NCBI GenBank assembly: GCA_964639975.1
Contig: CAZXER010000009.1
Location: 1-56,665 of the forward strand
Reading direction: 5' to 3'
Length of the DNA: 56,665 bases
Origin: an uncultured Halobacteriales archaeon
GTDB taxonomy: Archaea; Halobacteriota; Halobacteria; Halobacteriales; SKSH01
The position numbers were made by a program, and so were the translations under genes. The notes under the pieces are model-generated. The model was given only the letters and a program-made list of their open reading frames with translations. It searched no databases and had not been told where the DNA came from. Below, piece after piece: positions 46,852 through 56,467 of the stretch (position 1 is the stretch's first letter; each line of letters starts with the position of its first letter).

Positions 46852-48545
46852 CCGTTGTCGAGTCGATCGAGGTCGAGGTAGATGTGAATGTCGAAGGCGC
46901 CATGGCGTAGCTCGTGTTCGCGCACCTCGTACCCCTCGAGGTAGCTCTCGATCTCCCAGGCCTGGTTCGAGGGCACGATGACGACCGGCGGCTCCTCGTT
47001 TCGGATCGCTTGGGAGGTTGCCGCTGGCATCATCGTACTGATCGTCTCAGCCTGTACCTGTTCTGTGTACCAGGGAAGTGGTAACCGGTCGTACCATCCG
47101 GATCCGGCCACCTTGTAGGTCTCACCATCGGTGTCGTCGGTGAAGAACTCCTCACCGACGTACAGGACATCTGCCCCCTCGTTCTGTTCGGAGAGCTGGT
47201 GCAGCTGATCGATCGTGTCTCCCCAGTCACCTCCCGGTTGGGCGTACTGCACGAGTTCGTTGTCCGGGCCCGTTGCATCGGCGAAGACGAGCCCGTATGC
47301 CGGCCAGAGGATGAGGCTACCCGCGGCGAGGAGGATGAGGGCGACTCCAGCTACCTCGACGAGGTCCTCGCGGGCGTAGCCAGCTATCCCGAGATCGATA
47401 ATCTTCCCGAGTCCGACGGCCGCCGGGATCGTCAACGGAGCGACCATGTGGGCCACGAGCCACGGGGCGTTGATCGTCCCCGCGTACGGGTAGCCACCGA
47501 TGCTCAACAGGCCCCAGACGAGGGCAAAGACGACGAGCCAGCGGGGTCCCGACGAACGCCAGTGCTCCCACACGAGGCCGACGATGACCAGGATGAGCAG
47601 GACCGATGCACCCGCGATGAGCACCTCGACGTAGAACGACATCGAGTCGAGGTATGGCGGCCCTCTCCCACCGCTTATCCAGTGGTTGTACAGCTTCCTC
47701 GCTCCCTCGAGGATCGAGGCATCGAGCACGGCCGGAAGCTTCCATGGGGCCGTGAGGAGGTCACCGATCCCTGGCTCATCCATGCCTCTGGGGGCGAAGA
47801 AGAACATGAGGACGGCGATACCGGCCACCACCGAGATGATCCCATCACGAACCCATCGACGCGGTTCATCCGGGAGTCGATGGCGCCAGGTCTCGCGGAG
47901 GTTCCATCGATCGGGCGTCCGTCCGAATCGGGTGGCGAGGTACTGATACGCCCATCGATGGCCGAACACCGCGACCGTCGCCCCACCCCAGCAAAAGAGG
48001 TACAACAGGGCGTTCTCCTTCATGGTGAACCCCAGCGCGATCGCGATCAACCCCGGATACAGGTAGGTCGAGCGTCCCGTGTCGTAGGCACGCAGCAGGA
48101 AGCCGAATGCGAACACCATCGTGACCGCGAGGAGGACGTCGTTCCGAGAGAACCTGCCGTAGTAGAGCAACACCGGGTTCAACGCGAGCAACAGCGCCAT
48201 GGCACCGACCTCGATGGAGGAGAGGTGCTCCCGATAGAGCCAGGCGGCAAGCGGTGAGATACCGGCGACGAGCGCCACGATGAGGCGCATCGTCGTATCC
48301 GAGGCGTCAAAGAGCCCGTAGACCACCTCGTTGATATGGAACAGGAACGGACCGTGGACGACCGGGTGGTACTCCCAAGCGCCGAGGTAATGGTACCTGA
48401 GCGTCCAGTAGGCGACCCGGGCCTCGTCGAAGTGGGCGATACGCCCACCGAGATCGACCAGCCGTAGGACCAGTGCGAGGAGCGTGATGGCGAGGAGGGC
48501 GGCGAACAGCCGACGGGGTGTCGGCCAGCGATCGGCAGCTGGCAT
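46848..48545 (-). CDS. agl23: TIGR03663 / Agl23-like GT-C fold membrane glycosyltransferase
   Basis: HFDEARVAYW, YHPVVHGPFLFH, YYGRFSRND, TMKENALLY, about 11 TM helices plus soluble C-terminal domain. Confidence 0.8.
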   Translation of the reverse strand: MPAADRWPTPRRLFAALLAITLLALVLRLVDLGGRIAHFDEARVAYWTLRYHYLGAWEYHPVVHGPFLFHINEVVYGLFDASDTTMRLIVALVAGISPLAAWLYREHLSSIEVGAMALLLALNPVLLYYGRFSRNDVLLAVTMVFAFGFLLRAYDTGRSTYLYPGLIAIALGFTMKENALLYLFCWGGATVAVFGHRWAYQYLATRFGRTPDRWNLRETWRHRLPDEPRRWVRDGIISVVAGIAVLMFFFAPRGMDEPGIGDLLTAPWKLPAVLDASILEGARKLYNHWISGGRGPPYLDSMSFYVEVLIAGASVLLILVIVGLVWEHWRSSGPRWLVVFALVWGLLSIGGYPYAGTINAPWLVAHMVAPLTIPAAVGLGKIIDLGIAGYAREDLVEVAGVALILLAAGSLILWPAYGLVFADATGPDNELVQYAQPGGDWGDTIDQLHQLSEQNEGADVLYVGEEFFTDDTDGETYKVAGSGWYDRLPLPWYTEQVQAETISTMMPAATSQAIRNEEPPVVIVPSNQAWEIESYLEGYEVREHELRHGAFDIHIYLDLDRLDNG

Positions 48546-48638
48546 GTATCGGTCTCGAGGTGGGGCACCTACATACAGGTTCGGCATTTCCCCGGGATCG
48601 ACCGGCACGATTTTGGCACCGCGTGTGCGTCACCCGGT

Positions 48639-49046
48639 ATGGGCAACCTCGGGTTCGTGGTCGCGACGTACCACGGGCCACTGATCGAGCGAATGGAGAC
48701 CCGAGCTCGCGAGCGTGCCGCCGAGCTCGACGCGACGATCGTCGACTCGTATCGGGTCACGGGTGCCTACGATACGGTGGTGCCAGCTGATCGACTGGCC
48801 AGACGCGACGATATCGACGCGGTCGTCGTCATTGGCGCCATCATCACTGGAGAGACCGACCACGATCAGGTGATCGCGCAGGCGGTGGCCACGGAGTTGC
48901 AAGCGGTCGCTCGCGAACGAGATACCCCCGTCACCCTCGGCATCACCGGTCCTGGAATGGATGCCGAGGAGGCAGCCGACCGCGTCGATTACGGGGCCAA
49001 CGCTGTCGAGGCAGCGGTGACGCTCGTCGATGAACTCGCTGACTAG
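48639..49046 (+). CDS. ribH: 6,7-dimethyl-8-ribityllumazine synthase
   Basis: [31 protein letters not shown]. Confidence 0.93.
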   Translation: MGNLGFVVATYHGPLIERMETRARERAAELDATIVDSYRVTGAYDTVVPADRLARRDDIDAVVVIGAIITGETDHDQVIAQAVATELQAVARERDTPVTLGITGPGMDAEEAADRVDYGANAVEAAVTLVDELAD

Positions 49047-49483
49047 CAGTAGCGATCGACGATCCGCTCGATAATATCGCTCGTCGAGAGCAGGTCCGCG
49101 ATTTCTCCCTCATATGGCCCGATAGACTCGACTGAACAGTCGATCCCGCGGCGATCGAGTTCTGCGGCTATCGCCTCGGGATCGTGGTGTTGGTCGAATC
49201 CGAGGGTGATGATATCGGGTTCGAGGTCCTCGATCGGGGCGAAGATATCCTCGGGATGGCCGATCATGGCTGTGTCGACCACCTCGAGTGCGTCGATCAC
49301 GCCACAGCGTTGCTCCGCGCTGAGGATCGGCGGTTCCTTGTGATCGACATTGGATCGCCGGGAGATGATTACGACGAGTCGGTCGCCGAGTGCCGCCGAC
49401 TCCTGGAGGTAATGGATGTGCCCAGGATGGACGATGTCGAAGGTGCCCTGTGCGACGACGAGCGTCTCCGCATCGTCACTCAT
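49043..49483 (-). CDS. ribL: Archaeal FAD synthase (cytidylyltransferase family)
   Basis: [31 protein letters not shown]. Confidence 0.9.
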   Translation of the reverse strand: MSDDAETLVVAQGTFDIVHPGHIHYLQESAALGDRLVVIISRRSNVDHKEPPILSAEQRCGVIDALEVVDTAMIGHPEDIFAPIEDLEPDIITLGFDQHHDPEAIAAELDRRGIDCSVESIGPYEGEIADLLSTSDIIERIVDRYC

Positions 49484-49980
49484 TGCTGTGACAGCTCCCT
49501 GTCGATATCGGCCTGGGTGAAGTCGAAGAACTCCTCGTGATCCGGTGGGGTCACGTCGAGTACCTCAAGCTCGCGTCGGTTCCCCTGTCGATCGAACGCC
49601 TGCCAGTCGTCACGGTCGTAGGGGGCTCCGAGGATGATGTGGACGTCTCCCTTCCCGAACGTGCGCAGGTCCTGATCGCTCGGGTGCAAGACGCCGTTGG
49701 GATGGGAGTGGATCGAGCCGAGGCTCGTGATGTCGTTCGGGATCACCCACTCCTTGACGGATGCCTGGACCGGGCTGGACGTCGTCCCTGGCATGACGAG
49801 GATGTCCGTGATGACCATACCGTCCTCTCGAAGGCCGAGTTCGTCCCCTGGCATGCCTCGCAGGCGACCCATGTATTCGTTCGGATGAGTCATCTCGGCA
49901 CTCTCTCGGGCGAACTCGAGCGTCTCCCGGGCGATCCCGAGTACCGTTGGCGACCGGAACAGCGCGTCGAACAGGCCCAT
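49480..49980 (-). CDS. JAMM/MPN+ zinc metalloprotease (JAMM2-like)
   Basis: Complete MPN+ motif: E (PNEYMG) then HSH-x7-S-x2-D ([14 protein letters not shown]). Start moved to MGLFDAL. Confidence 0.88.
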   Translation of the reverse strand: MGLFDALFRSPTVLGIARETLEFARESAEMTHPNEYMGRLRGMPGDELGLREDGMVITDILVMPGTTSSPVQASVKEWVIPNDITSLGSIHSHPNGVLHPSDQDLRTFGKGDVHIILGAPYDRDDWQAFDRQGNRRELEVLDVTPPDHEEFFDFTQADIDRELSQQ

Positions 49981-50084
49981 CTTCGCCTGAGCGTAGCTCC
50001 TTGGCCGTGCTAAACGTTCCGCCCGACGCCAGCGGCCGCGTTCAAAAGGAGTTAAACGACCGACTACCTTATCAGCCAGTAGCA

Positions 50085-51962
50085 ATGACCGCTGAATCCC
50101 AGGTGGACGACGCTTCGACCGACGTTGTCGAGCTCCCACCTGCCGCATCCATTGACGATATAGAGCCGGATACTCCGTACGTTGCTACCATTAACGGAAT
50201 TGTAGAATACGGTGTTTTCGTTGATCTCAACGAATCGGTCTCCGGGCTCGTGCACGAATCGAACCTCGAAGGAACCTATGCCGTCGGCGAACACCTCGTC
50301 GTCGAGCTCGATCGCATCCGCGACAATGGCGACATCTCGTTCGTCCCTCGGAACGATCTCGAGGCGCCAGAACCCACGGTTCCCGAACCGGCCGGGCCGG
50401 CGACCGCGGATTCCCTCGACGAACATCTCGGTCGCGACGTGACCGTCGAGGGGACGGTGACGCAGATCAAGCAAACGAGCGGCCCGACGCTCTTTCACCT
50501 CTCGACCGGTGATGGCATCCTTATCGCCGCGGCGTTCGAGAGTGCGGGTGTGCGTGCGCATCCCGATGTCGACCTCGGCGATGTCGTTCGTATCGCCGGC
50601 GAGGTCCAGCGCTATGATGGGTCCCTGCAGCTCGAGTCACACGCGGTGACCGTCCTCGAGGGCCAACAGCGCGAGGAGGTTTCCGCCGAACTGGACGACC
50701 GCCTCGAAACCGCTGCGTCACCTCCCGATATCGAGCCGCTCGTGGAGTGGGACGCGATGGGGTCGCTGTGGCCCCATCTGGAGGAGGTTGCCCGCCAGTT
50801 ACGAGCGGCGTTGCTCGACGGTCGTCCGATCCGGATCCGCCACCATGCAGACGTCGACGGCATCTGTGCGAGTGTCCCCCTGCAGATGGCACTCGAGTCC
50901 TTCGTCGCCTCCTTCCATCACGACGAGGACGCGGCCAACTACCTCGTCCGTCGGCTGCCGAGCAAGGCCCCCTTCTACGAGATGGCCGATGCCACCCGCG
51001 ATCTCAATCGTTCACTCGAGGAACAGGAACGCCACGGCCAGCAACTGCCCCTGGTGGTCATGCTGGACAACGGGTCGACGGCCGAGGACGTGCCCGCCAT
51101 CAAGACGCTGACGAACTATGGCCTGTCGGTGATCACGATCGACCACCACTTCCCTGACCCCGAGGCTGTCGACGAGCACCTCGAGGCCCACGTGAACCCG
51201 TACCTCGTCGACGAGGATTACCGGGTCACCACCGGGATGATGGCGGTCGAAGTCGCTCGCATGATCGATCCGTCCGTGACCGATGCGATCGATCATCTGC
51301 CGGCCGTCGCCGGCACGGCAGATCGGTCAGAAGCGGATGCGATGGACGCGTATGTCGACCTTGCTGACGGTGATACCGAGTGGATCACCCGGATCACCGA
51401 AGCGGTCGACTACGCCGCACACTGGCTCGGATATCGCGATGGCCGACACCTCATCGAGGATATCCTCGGCGTCGATGCCACCGAAGAAGACCGACACGAG
51501 CGGGTCGTCGAGTTGTTTTCCGAGCGGGCCCGCTTCGAGATCGATCGCCAGCTGGAGGCGGCGACATCGCATCTCGAACAACAGGCGCTAGATAACGGTG
51601 CAACGTTGCACACGATCGACCTCGATCAGTACGCGCACCGACATATCTATCCGGCCCCCGGCAAGACCACCACGGCATTGCACGACCAGCTCGTCGGTGA
51701 CGCTGATGGCGGACCGATGATCACGATCGGCTATGGGGGCGACTTCGCGGTCCTTCGAAGCGATGGCGTCCGCCTCGATATCCCTGAGATCGTGGATGAA
51801 CTCACTGAATCGATCCGCGGGGGCGGCGTCAGCGGTGGAGGCCACCTTGTCGTCGGCAGCATTCGGTTCGTCGGTGGCCGCCGCGAGGAGGTCCTCGAGT
51901 CGCTCATCGAGCACCTCGGATCGGCACCGACCGATATCGACACCGGTATCGCCGGCGACTAA
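50085..51962 (+). CDS. recJ3: RecJ-like DHH nuclease with S1 and OB folds (RecJ3-like)
   Basis: S1 (EYGVFVDLNESVSGLVHES), OB fold (QIKQTSGPTLF), HHADVDG, LDNGS, IDHH, GGGHLVVG. Confidence 0.8.
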   Translation: MTAESQVDDASTDVVELPPAASIDDIEPDTPYVATINGIVEYGVFVDLNESVSGLVHESNLEGTYAVGEHLVVELDRIRDNGDISFVPRNDLEAPEPTVPEPAGPATADSLDEHLGRDVTVEGTVTQIKQTSGPTLFHLSTGDGILIAAAFESAGVRAHPDVDLGDVVRIAGEVQRYDGSLQLESHAVTVLEGQQREEVSAELDDRLETAASPPDIEPLVEWDAMGSLWPHLEEVARQLRAALLDGRPIRIRHHADVDGICASVPLQMALESFVASFHHDEDAANYLVRRLPSKAPFYEMADATRDLNRSLEEQERHGQQLPLVVMLDNGSTAEDVPAIKTLTNYGLSVITIDHHFPDPEAVDEHLEAHVNPYLVDEDYRVTTGMMAVEVARMIDPSVTDAIDHLPAVAGTADRSEADAMDAYVDLADGDTEWITRITEAVDYAAHWLGYRDGRHLIEDILGVDATEEDRHERVVELFSERARFEIDRQLEAATSHLEQQALDNGATLHTIDLDQYAHRHIYPAPGKTTTALHDQLVGDADGGPMITIGYGGDFAVLRSDGVRLDIPEIVDELTESIRGGGVSGGGHLVVGSIRFVGGRREEVLESLIEHLGSAPTDIDTGIAGD

Positions 51963-53602
51963 GGTGACCTCTCGGGGGCTGTGTCGTCGCTTTCGTCCAC
52001 TGGCCCGTCTATCCTGAGTCGAGACGCATGGATTGCCGTGAGGCCGCCAGTCACGACCGCGACGACCAGCAGGGCGATCGGTAGCTGCCAGGGTGGGTCG
52101 ATCTCCGTTTGCCAGTCCCCCTCGAAGACATCGAGGTAGTAGCCGGCGACCCGCTCGTCGCGGAGGATGACGGCCATCTCGCGGTTCTCTCGTAGCGAGT
52201 GATTGTTCCAGTTGATCGACCCGACGACGGCAACCGTCTCGTCGACGATAATCCCCTTAGCATGGATCCGATTGAATCGATCCGTATCGTCGACGAGCCT
52301 GATCGAGATGTCAAGGTCCTCCTCGGTTGCGATGGCTTCTAGCTCGCGTGCGATCACTTGATTCCCGTCACGGGCGTACCATCGATCGGACAGTAACACC
52401 CGAACTCGAACGCCCTCGCGAGCGCGGTCGATCGCCTCCGCAAGCAACGGAAAGTCGATATCGCCGATGCTGACCTGGAGGATGTCGATCGATCGTGTGG
52501 CGTTCCGGACGAGCTCGGTGAGCGCTTTCTCAGCGTTGTCCGGGGCGACGAGTAACGTCGCGCTCACCTCCTCCACCTCGGTCGGGGTGTGAATCGTCTC
52601 GAAGGTCCCCGTCTCGCCGTTATCCGTGAAGCGCTCGACGTCATCTCGCACCTCGGACCAGGCGTACGCGTCTCGCCAGGTGCTATCGGCGTGGAATATC
52701 GCAGTGGCCGCATCGGCCAGCCTAGGCTCGTCCATGATGACCCCCCAGCCACGACTCGCCTCGCCACCGGTGCCAGATCGCTTGAAGTTCTCCGTCATGA
52801 CCAGGAGACGGTCGTCAACGACGACGTACTTCGGATGGTGAACACCCCATCGTCGATACGGACCCCAGTGTACGGTGACGGCGATCCCCGCATCGGCGAG
52901 GGTGTCGAGCGCATTACCTGCGGGGACCGTTATCCCGCCGACTGGCCGCCCCTCGGCGTGCACGGCGACGTCGACCCCCCGTTCGGCCGCGGCGAGCAAC
53001 GCGTCGGTGATGGCGGGATCGCCGAGTTCGTAGCCGCCGAGGTACAGCCGACGGGTTGCATTCGCGAGGAGCGCCGTCACCACGTGCGGATCGTCGGGAA
53101 GCACGAACGTCGTGGCGTCACCTCGTCCGGTCACCGCATCGAATGAGGTCGCCCCGAGCGGTCGCCATGGATCCGGTCGGTCCCGGATCCACAGGTGCGC
53201 CTGTGGCGCCGATTCGGTGTATGCTACCTGATCGACCGGTCGTCCATCGACCTCGAGGGTCACGGCTTCACCGTCGTCTGCGAGCTGGAACCACCCACCG
53301 AGTTCGATCACCGGGATATCGATGAGCTCCTCGGTGACTGCTGGCGTTGTACTGAACGCCACGGTCCCGTTCACCTCGATTGGCGGTGGCTTCGCACGCT
53401 GGTCATCGTCGTCGCGAAAGACCCAGGTACTGAGATTGGTCCGGTGGGGGAGGTGGACCACGATGAACTCGCCCCGGTCGTAGTCCTGGACGGTGTTGGG
53501 ATACAACGCGACGATCTCGGCGTCCGTCGCGTTGGCATCGGGCGTGAACTCCCCCGGTGGCGACGAGAGACACAACAGGAGGACGAGACAGGTCTCCCAC
53601 AC
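51959..53602 (-). CDS. Phospholipase D-superfamily protein with lamin-tail-like N-domain and C-terminal TM anchor
   Basis: Two HKD motifs (HPKYVVVD, HAKGIIVD..GSINW), LTD-like EIVALYPN...GEFIV...LADDGE, GTG start. Confidence 0.85.
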   Translation of the reverse strand: MWETCLVLLLCLSSPPGEFTPDANATDAEIVALYPNTVQDYDRGEFIVVHLPHRTNLSTWVFRDDDDQRAKPPPIEVNGTVAFSTTPAVTEELIDIPVIELGGWFQLADDGEAVTLEVDGRPVDQVAYTESAPQAHLWIRDRPDPWRPLGATSFDAVTGRGDATTFVLPDDPHVVTALLANATRRLYLGGYELGDPAITDALLAAAERGVDVAVHAEGRPVGGITVPAGNALDTLADAGIAVTVHWGPYRRWGVHHPKYVVVDDRLLVMTENFKRSGTGGEASRGWGVIMDEPRLADAATAIFHADSTWRDAYAWSEVRDDVERFTDNGETGTFETIHTPTEVEEVSATLLVAPDNAEKALTELVRNATRSIDILQVSIGDIDFPLLAEAIDRAREGVRVRVLLSDRWYARDGNQVIARELEAIATEEDLDISIRLVDDTDRFNRIHAKGIIVDETVAVVGSINWNNHSLRENREMAVILRDERVAGYYLDVFEGDWQTEIDPPWQLPIALLVVAVVTGGLTAIHASRLRIDGPVDESDDTAPERSP

Positions 53603-53637
53603 GCCCGGTCATTGTCCCGGCTTCACTCATCAAGGCG

Positions 53638-53680
53638 CAGTCAATCCGACTTAAGGCACTGCCGCTCATTGGATTGACTG
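53638..53680. repeat. Perfect 10-bp inverted repeat flanking a TATA box
   Basis: CAGTCAATCC (53638-53647), 23-nt spacer containing CTTAAG, GGATTGACTG (53671-53680). Confidence 0.7.
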
Positions 53681-53920
53681 ATGGCATACCTGCTGTGGAC
53701 GGAGCTGGCGGCCTATGCGCTGGGGACCCTCGGCGCTTCGTTGCTGTTCATGGAGTTCTTCCAGACACCGGCATACGTGACCTACGACGAGAAACGCGAT
53801 CGGTACCGGATATCGACGGTCGACCGTGATATCGATGAGTACACGAACCTCGGCCGCGCGGGAGCTCTCCTGCTCGCGCTCTCCTTCGCACTGCTGTTTC
53901 TCGTCACGATCCTCGGGTGA
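53681..53920 (+). CDS. Small two-TM membrane protein, 79 aa
   Basis: Two hydrophobic helices around a charged loop, CTTAAG at -31. Confidence 0.75.
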   Translation: MAYLLWTELAAYALGTLGASLLFMEFFQTPAYVTYDEKRDRYRISTVDRDIDEYTNLGRAGALLLALSFALLFLVTILG

Positions 53921-53953
53921 GCAAGCAGACGAAATTCGGACAGCTCGATGGGG

Positions 53954-55168
53954 TCACGCGGCGCCGCTATTGAGCGCTGCCTGTGCTCGCCCGGCTTGCA
54001 CCTCGACGAGATACTCGCGGTCGTCTGCGTAGCGGCTTGCGACCTCGAGGGCGGCCTCGGTCCCGATCTCGTTCAGGGCCCAGGCGGCACTGCCACGGAC
54101 GTTCCCCGCGTCGTCTTCTGCCAGCACATCGGCCAGCGGTTCGATCGCTCTGGGGTCACCGACCATTCCGAGCGCCCGGGCGGCCGTCGACCGGATGAGT
54201 GGGTCGTCAGCGACGAGGCGGTTCGCAAGCAACTGTGTTCCCGCTGGGCTGCCGATGCGGCCGAGCGCTCTGAGTATCGTCAGCTCCACCGGTCTGTTCG
54301 TCCCATCCTCGACGAACTCACACAGCATCTCGACGGGTTCCTCGTCACCGATACGCCCGAGGACCTCGATGGCGTCGCGATCACGTCGTTCGGCCAACTC
54401 GAGCACCGCATCGAGCGATCCCGGATGGCCCAGGCGCTTGAGCGACTCCATGGCGTTCTCCTGGATGAAATCAGAATCGAGCAGGTCGATCGCGAGCAGT
54501 ATCATCTCGACGTTGCCCGCCTGCTCGTGCGCCTTGATCGCGCTCCACTCCGGTGGGTAGTCCTTGCGGTGGTCGAGGATGTCGTAAAAGCCACTCGCCT
54601 CGAGCTTCTCTCGCACCGAGAGATCGTCCCACGTCTCCGCCTGTTCGAGCGTCGCCTCCAGTGCCTCGGCCGCCTCGAGCAAGGCCTCGAGCGTCTCCGT
54701 ATCGTCGTCCGGATCGAGTGCTGCCTCGTCGATTGCGGCGATGGTGGTGGTGATCGCCTCGCTGGCACTGCTGAGGTCTTCTCCAACCGCCGCGTCGGGG
54801 AGCACGTCGATCTCCTCCTCCAGGAAGGCTTGTACCGATTCGATGACGGTCTCACGACCGACATCGGTCCATTCTTCACCCTCAATGGTAGCGATGCATC
54901 CCTCGAGCACGTCGGTCACGTCCGCTGCGTATGGACCGCGTTCCTCCTCGAGGGTCACGGCGAGGTCCTGGACCTCGTCGGTGAGCTCATCGACGAGCTC
55001 GTCCTCGTCGTCAGCGTCCTCCTCGAGCGCCGTCACATCGGCTTCGAGCGTTTCGAGCTCGTCCTCGATATCGACATAGTCGGCCTCGACAGCCGCCGCA
55101 TCGAGTCGCTCACTGAGCGCGTCGAGTCGCTCTCGCAGGTCATCCGGGTCTGGTGTGTCCTCGGTCAT
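53954..55168 (-). CDS. HEAT-repeat (PBS lyase-like) protein with very acidic N-terminal helical region
   Basis: AIEVLGRIG, LRALGRIG, RSTAARALGMVG, RGSAAWALNEIG repeats. Confidence 0.85.
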   Translation of the reverse strand: MTEDTPDPDDLRERLDALSERLDAAAVEADYVDIEDELETLEADVTALEEDADDEDELVDELTDEVQDLAVTLEEERGPYAADVTDVLEGCIATIEGEEWTDVGRETVIESVQAFLEEEIDVLPDAAVGEDLSSASEAITTTIAAIDEAALDPDDDTETLEALLEAAEALEATLEQAETWDDLSVREKLEASGFYDILDHRKDYPPEWSAIKAHEQAGNVEMILLAIDLLDSDFIQENAMESLKRLGHPGSLDAVLELAERRDRDAIEVLGRIGDEEPVEMLCEFVEDGTNRPVELTILRALGRIGSPAGTQLLANRLVADDPLIRSTAARALGMVGDPRAIEPLADVLAEDDAGNVRGSAAWALNEIGTEAALEVASRYADDREYLVEVQAGRAQAALNSGAA

Positions 55169-55237
55169 GGATGCTGAGGTGGTACCGCCGGGGAATCCGA
55201 CGGCTCCTTCGTGTCCGAATCGTGGCCCGAACGCGCC

Positions 55238-55957
55238 CTAAGCGTTTCCTTTCCAGTCCATGAGGACCCAGCCATCCCGCCAGTACAGCCATGGCGACAG
55301 GAGCAGATACGACACGCCCAGCAGCAACAAGGCCCACGGCAAGGAGCGATCGAGGGCGTATGGAGCGATGACAGCGCCGACGTGGACGATGCCCATGATG
55401 AGGGCGTCGCGAACGAGCAGGTCGGGGTACCTGATCGGAGCGATCATGAGGACCGTGAACGCAACGGTTCCGACGATGAGGAAGGTCGGATCGGTGACGC
55501 CACTGAGTACGGCTGCGCCGATGGCCGTCGCTGCGAGGGTACTTTGGACGCCCTCGGTGTACTCCGAGGCCGTATCGAACGCCGTGTACATCGCGAGGCG
55601 GAAGATGGCCGTCACCGAGAACGCGATAACGACCACGCCGACGAGGAGTAACTCCAGCGTCGGGTCGTGGATCGAGAGCGCCCACTCCTCGCCCAAGGCG
55701 AAGAAGACGATGACGGCCGGGGCGACGGCGAAGGAGGCCACATCGGCGAGCGAATCGAGGTGCGGCCCGATGGCCGACCCACCGTGCCACCTGGCGACGA
55801 TGCCGTCGAGACCATCGAAGATGGCCGCCGCGAGCACGATCCTCGCGGCCAGCTCGAGGTCCGTTGGCGCGATGACCACCGCGATGAGCCCGAGCGCGGC
55901 GTGGGCGGCGGTGACGAGATCCGCCGGGCCGACGTGGTCGACCACGCGGGGTTTCAT
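55238..55957 (-). CDS. pssA: CDP-alcohol phosphatidyltransferase (archaetidylserine synthase-like)
   Basis: DGLDGIVAR-x-G-x3-G-x-LDSLADVASFAVAP, RLAMY, EGVQS. Confidence 0.82.
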   Translation of the reverse strand: MKPRVVDHVGPADLVTAAHAALGLIAVVIAPTDLELAARIVLAAAIFDGLDGIVARWHGGSAIGPHLDSLADVASFAVAPAVIVFFALGEEWALSIHDPTLELLLVGVVVIAFSVTAIFRLAMYTAFDTASEYTEGVQSTLAATAIGAAVLSGVTDPTFLIVGTVAFTVLMIAPIRYPDLLVRDALIMGIVHVGAVIAPYALDRSLPWALLLLGVSYLLLSPWLYWRDGWVLMDWKGNA

Positions 55958-56053
55958 ACCGGTGAGTGGCTCAGGTGGGCCTTACTTGTTGTTGTTACGT
56001 CGCTACCGTCGCGCAATCGCGATGGCTAAAACCCCGCCTCCGGTACTGGCGGT

Positions 56054-56467
56054 ATGGAGCGTCGGGTCTTTCTTGGGACTGCGGCAACGCTCTTTCTGGC
56101 TGGGTGCATCGATTTCGTCGGCGACCCCAGCGATGTAGACGGTGACATCGGGATGTCCTCGGATTCGTTCAACCCCGAGGTCCACGAGATCGAGGTCGGT
56201 GACACGGTGACGTGGGTCAACACGAGCTCGAAGGCACATACGGTCACCGCCTACGAGAACGACATCCCGGCGGAGGCCGACTACTTCGCAACCGGTGGCT
56301 TCGATTCAGAGGATGCGGCGATAGACGCCTGGTTCGACCACCTCGGCGGTCGGCTCGACGTGGGTGAGTCCTACTCGCATACGTTCGAGGTCCCTGGCGA
56401 GCACGACTACTATTGTATCCCGCATGAAACGGCGAACATGGTCGGACGGATCATCGTGACCGAGTGA
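56054..56467 (+). CDS. Cupredoxin (halocyanin/plastocyanin-like) Tat lipoprotein
   Basis: ERRVFL twin-Arg, LAGC lipobox, type-1 Cu ligands H (AHTVT) and YYCIPHETANM. Confidence 0.9.
   Translation: MERRVFLGTAATLFLAGCIDFVGDPSDVDGDIGMSSDSFNPEVHEIEVGDTVTWVNTSSKAHTVTAYENDIPAEADYFATGGFDSEDAAIDAWFDHLGGRLDVGESYSHTFEVPGEHDYYCIPHETANMVGRIIVTE

Noticed and set aside
55983-56024. TTG triplet run and TCGCG-N4-CGCGA hairpin between pssA and the cupredoxin gene
   Set aside because: Too short to distinguish from chance or ordinary promoter sequence.
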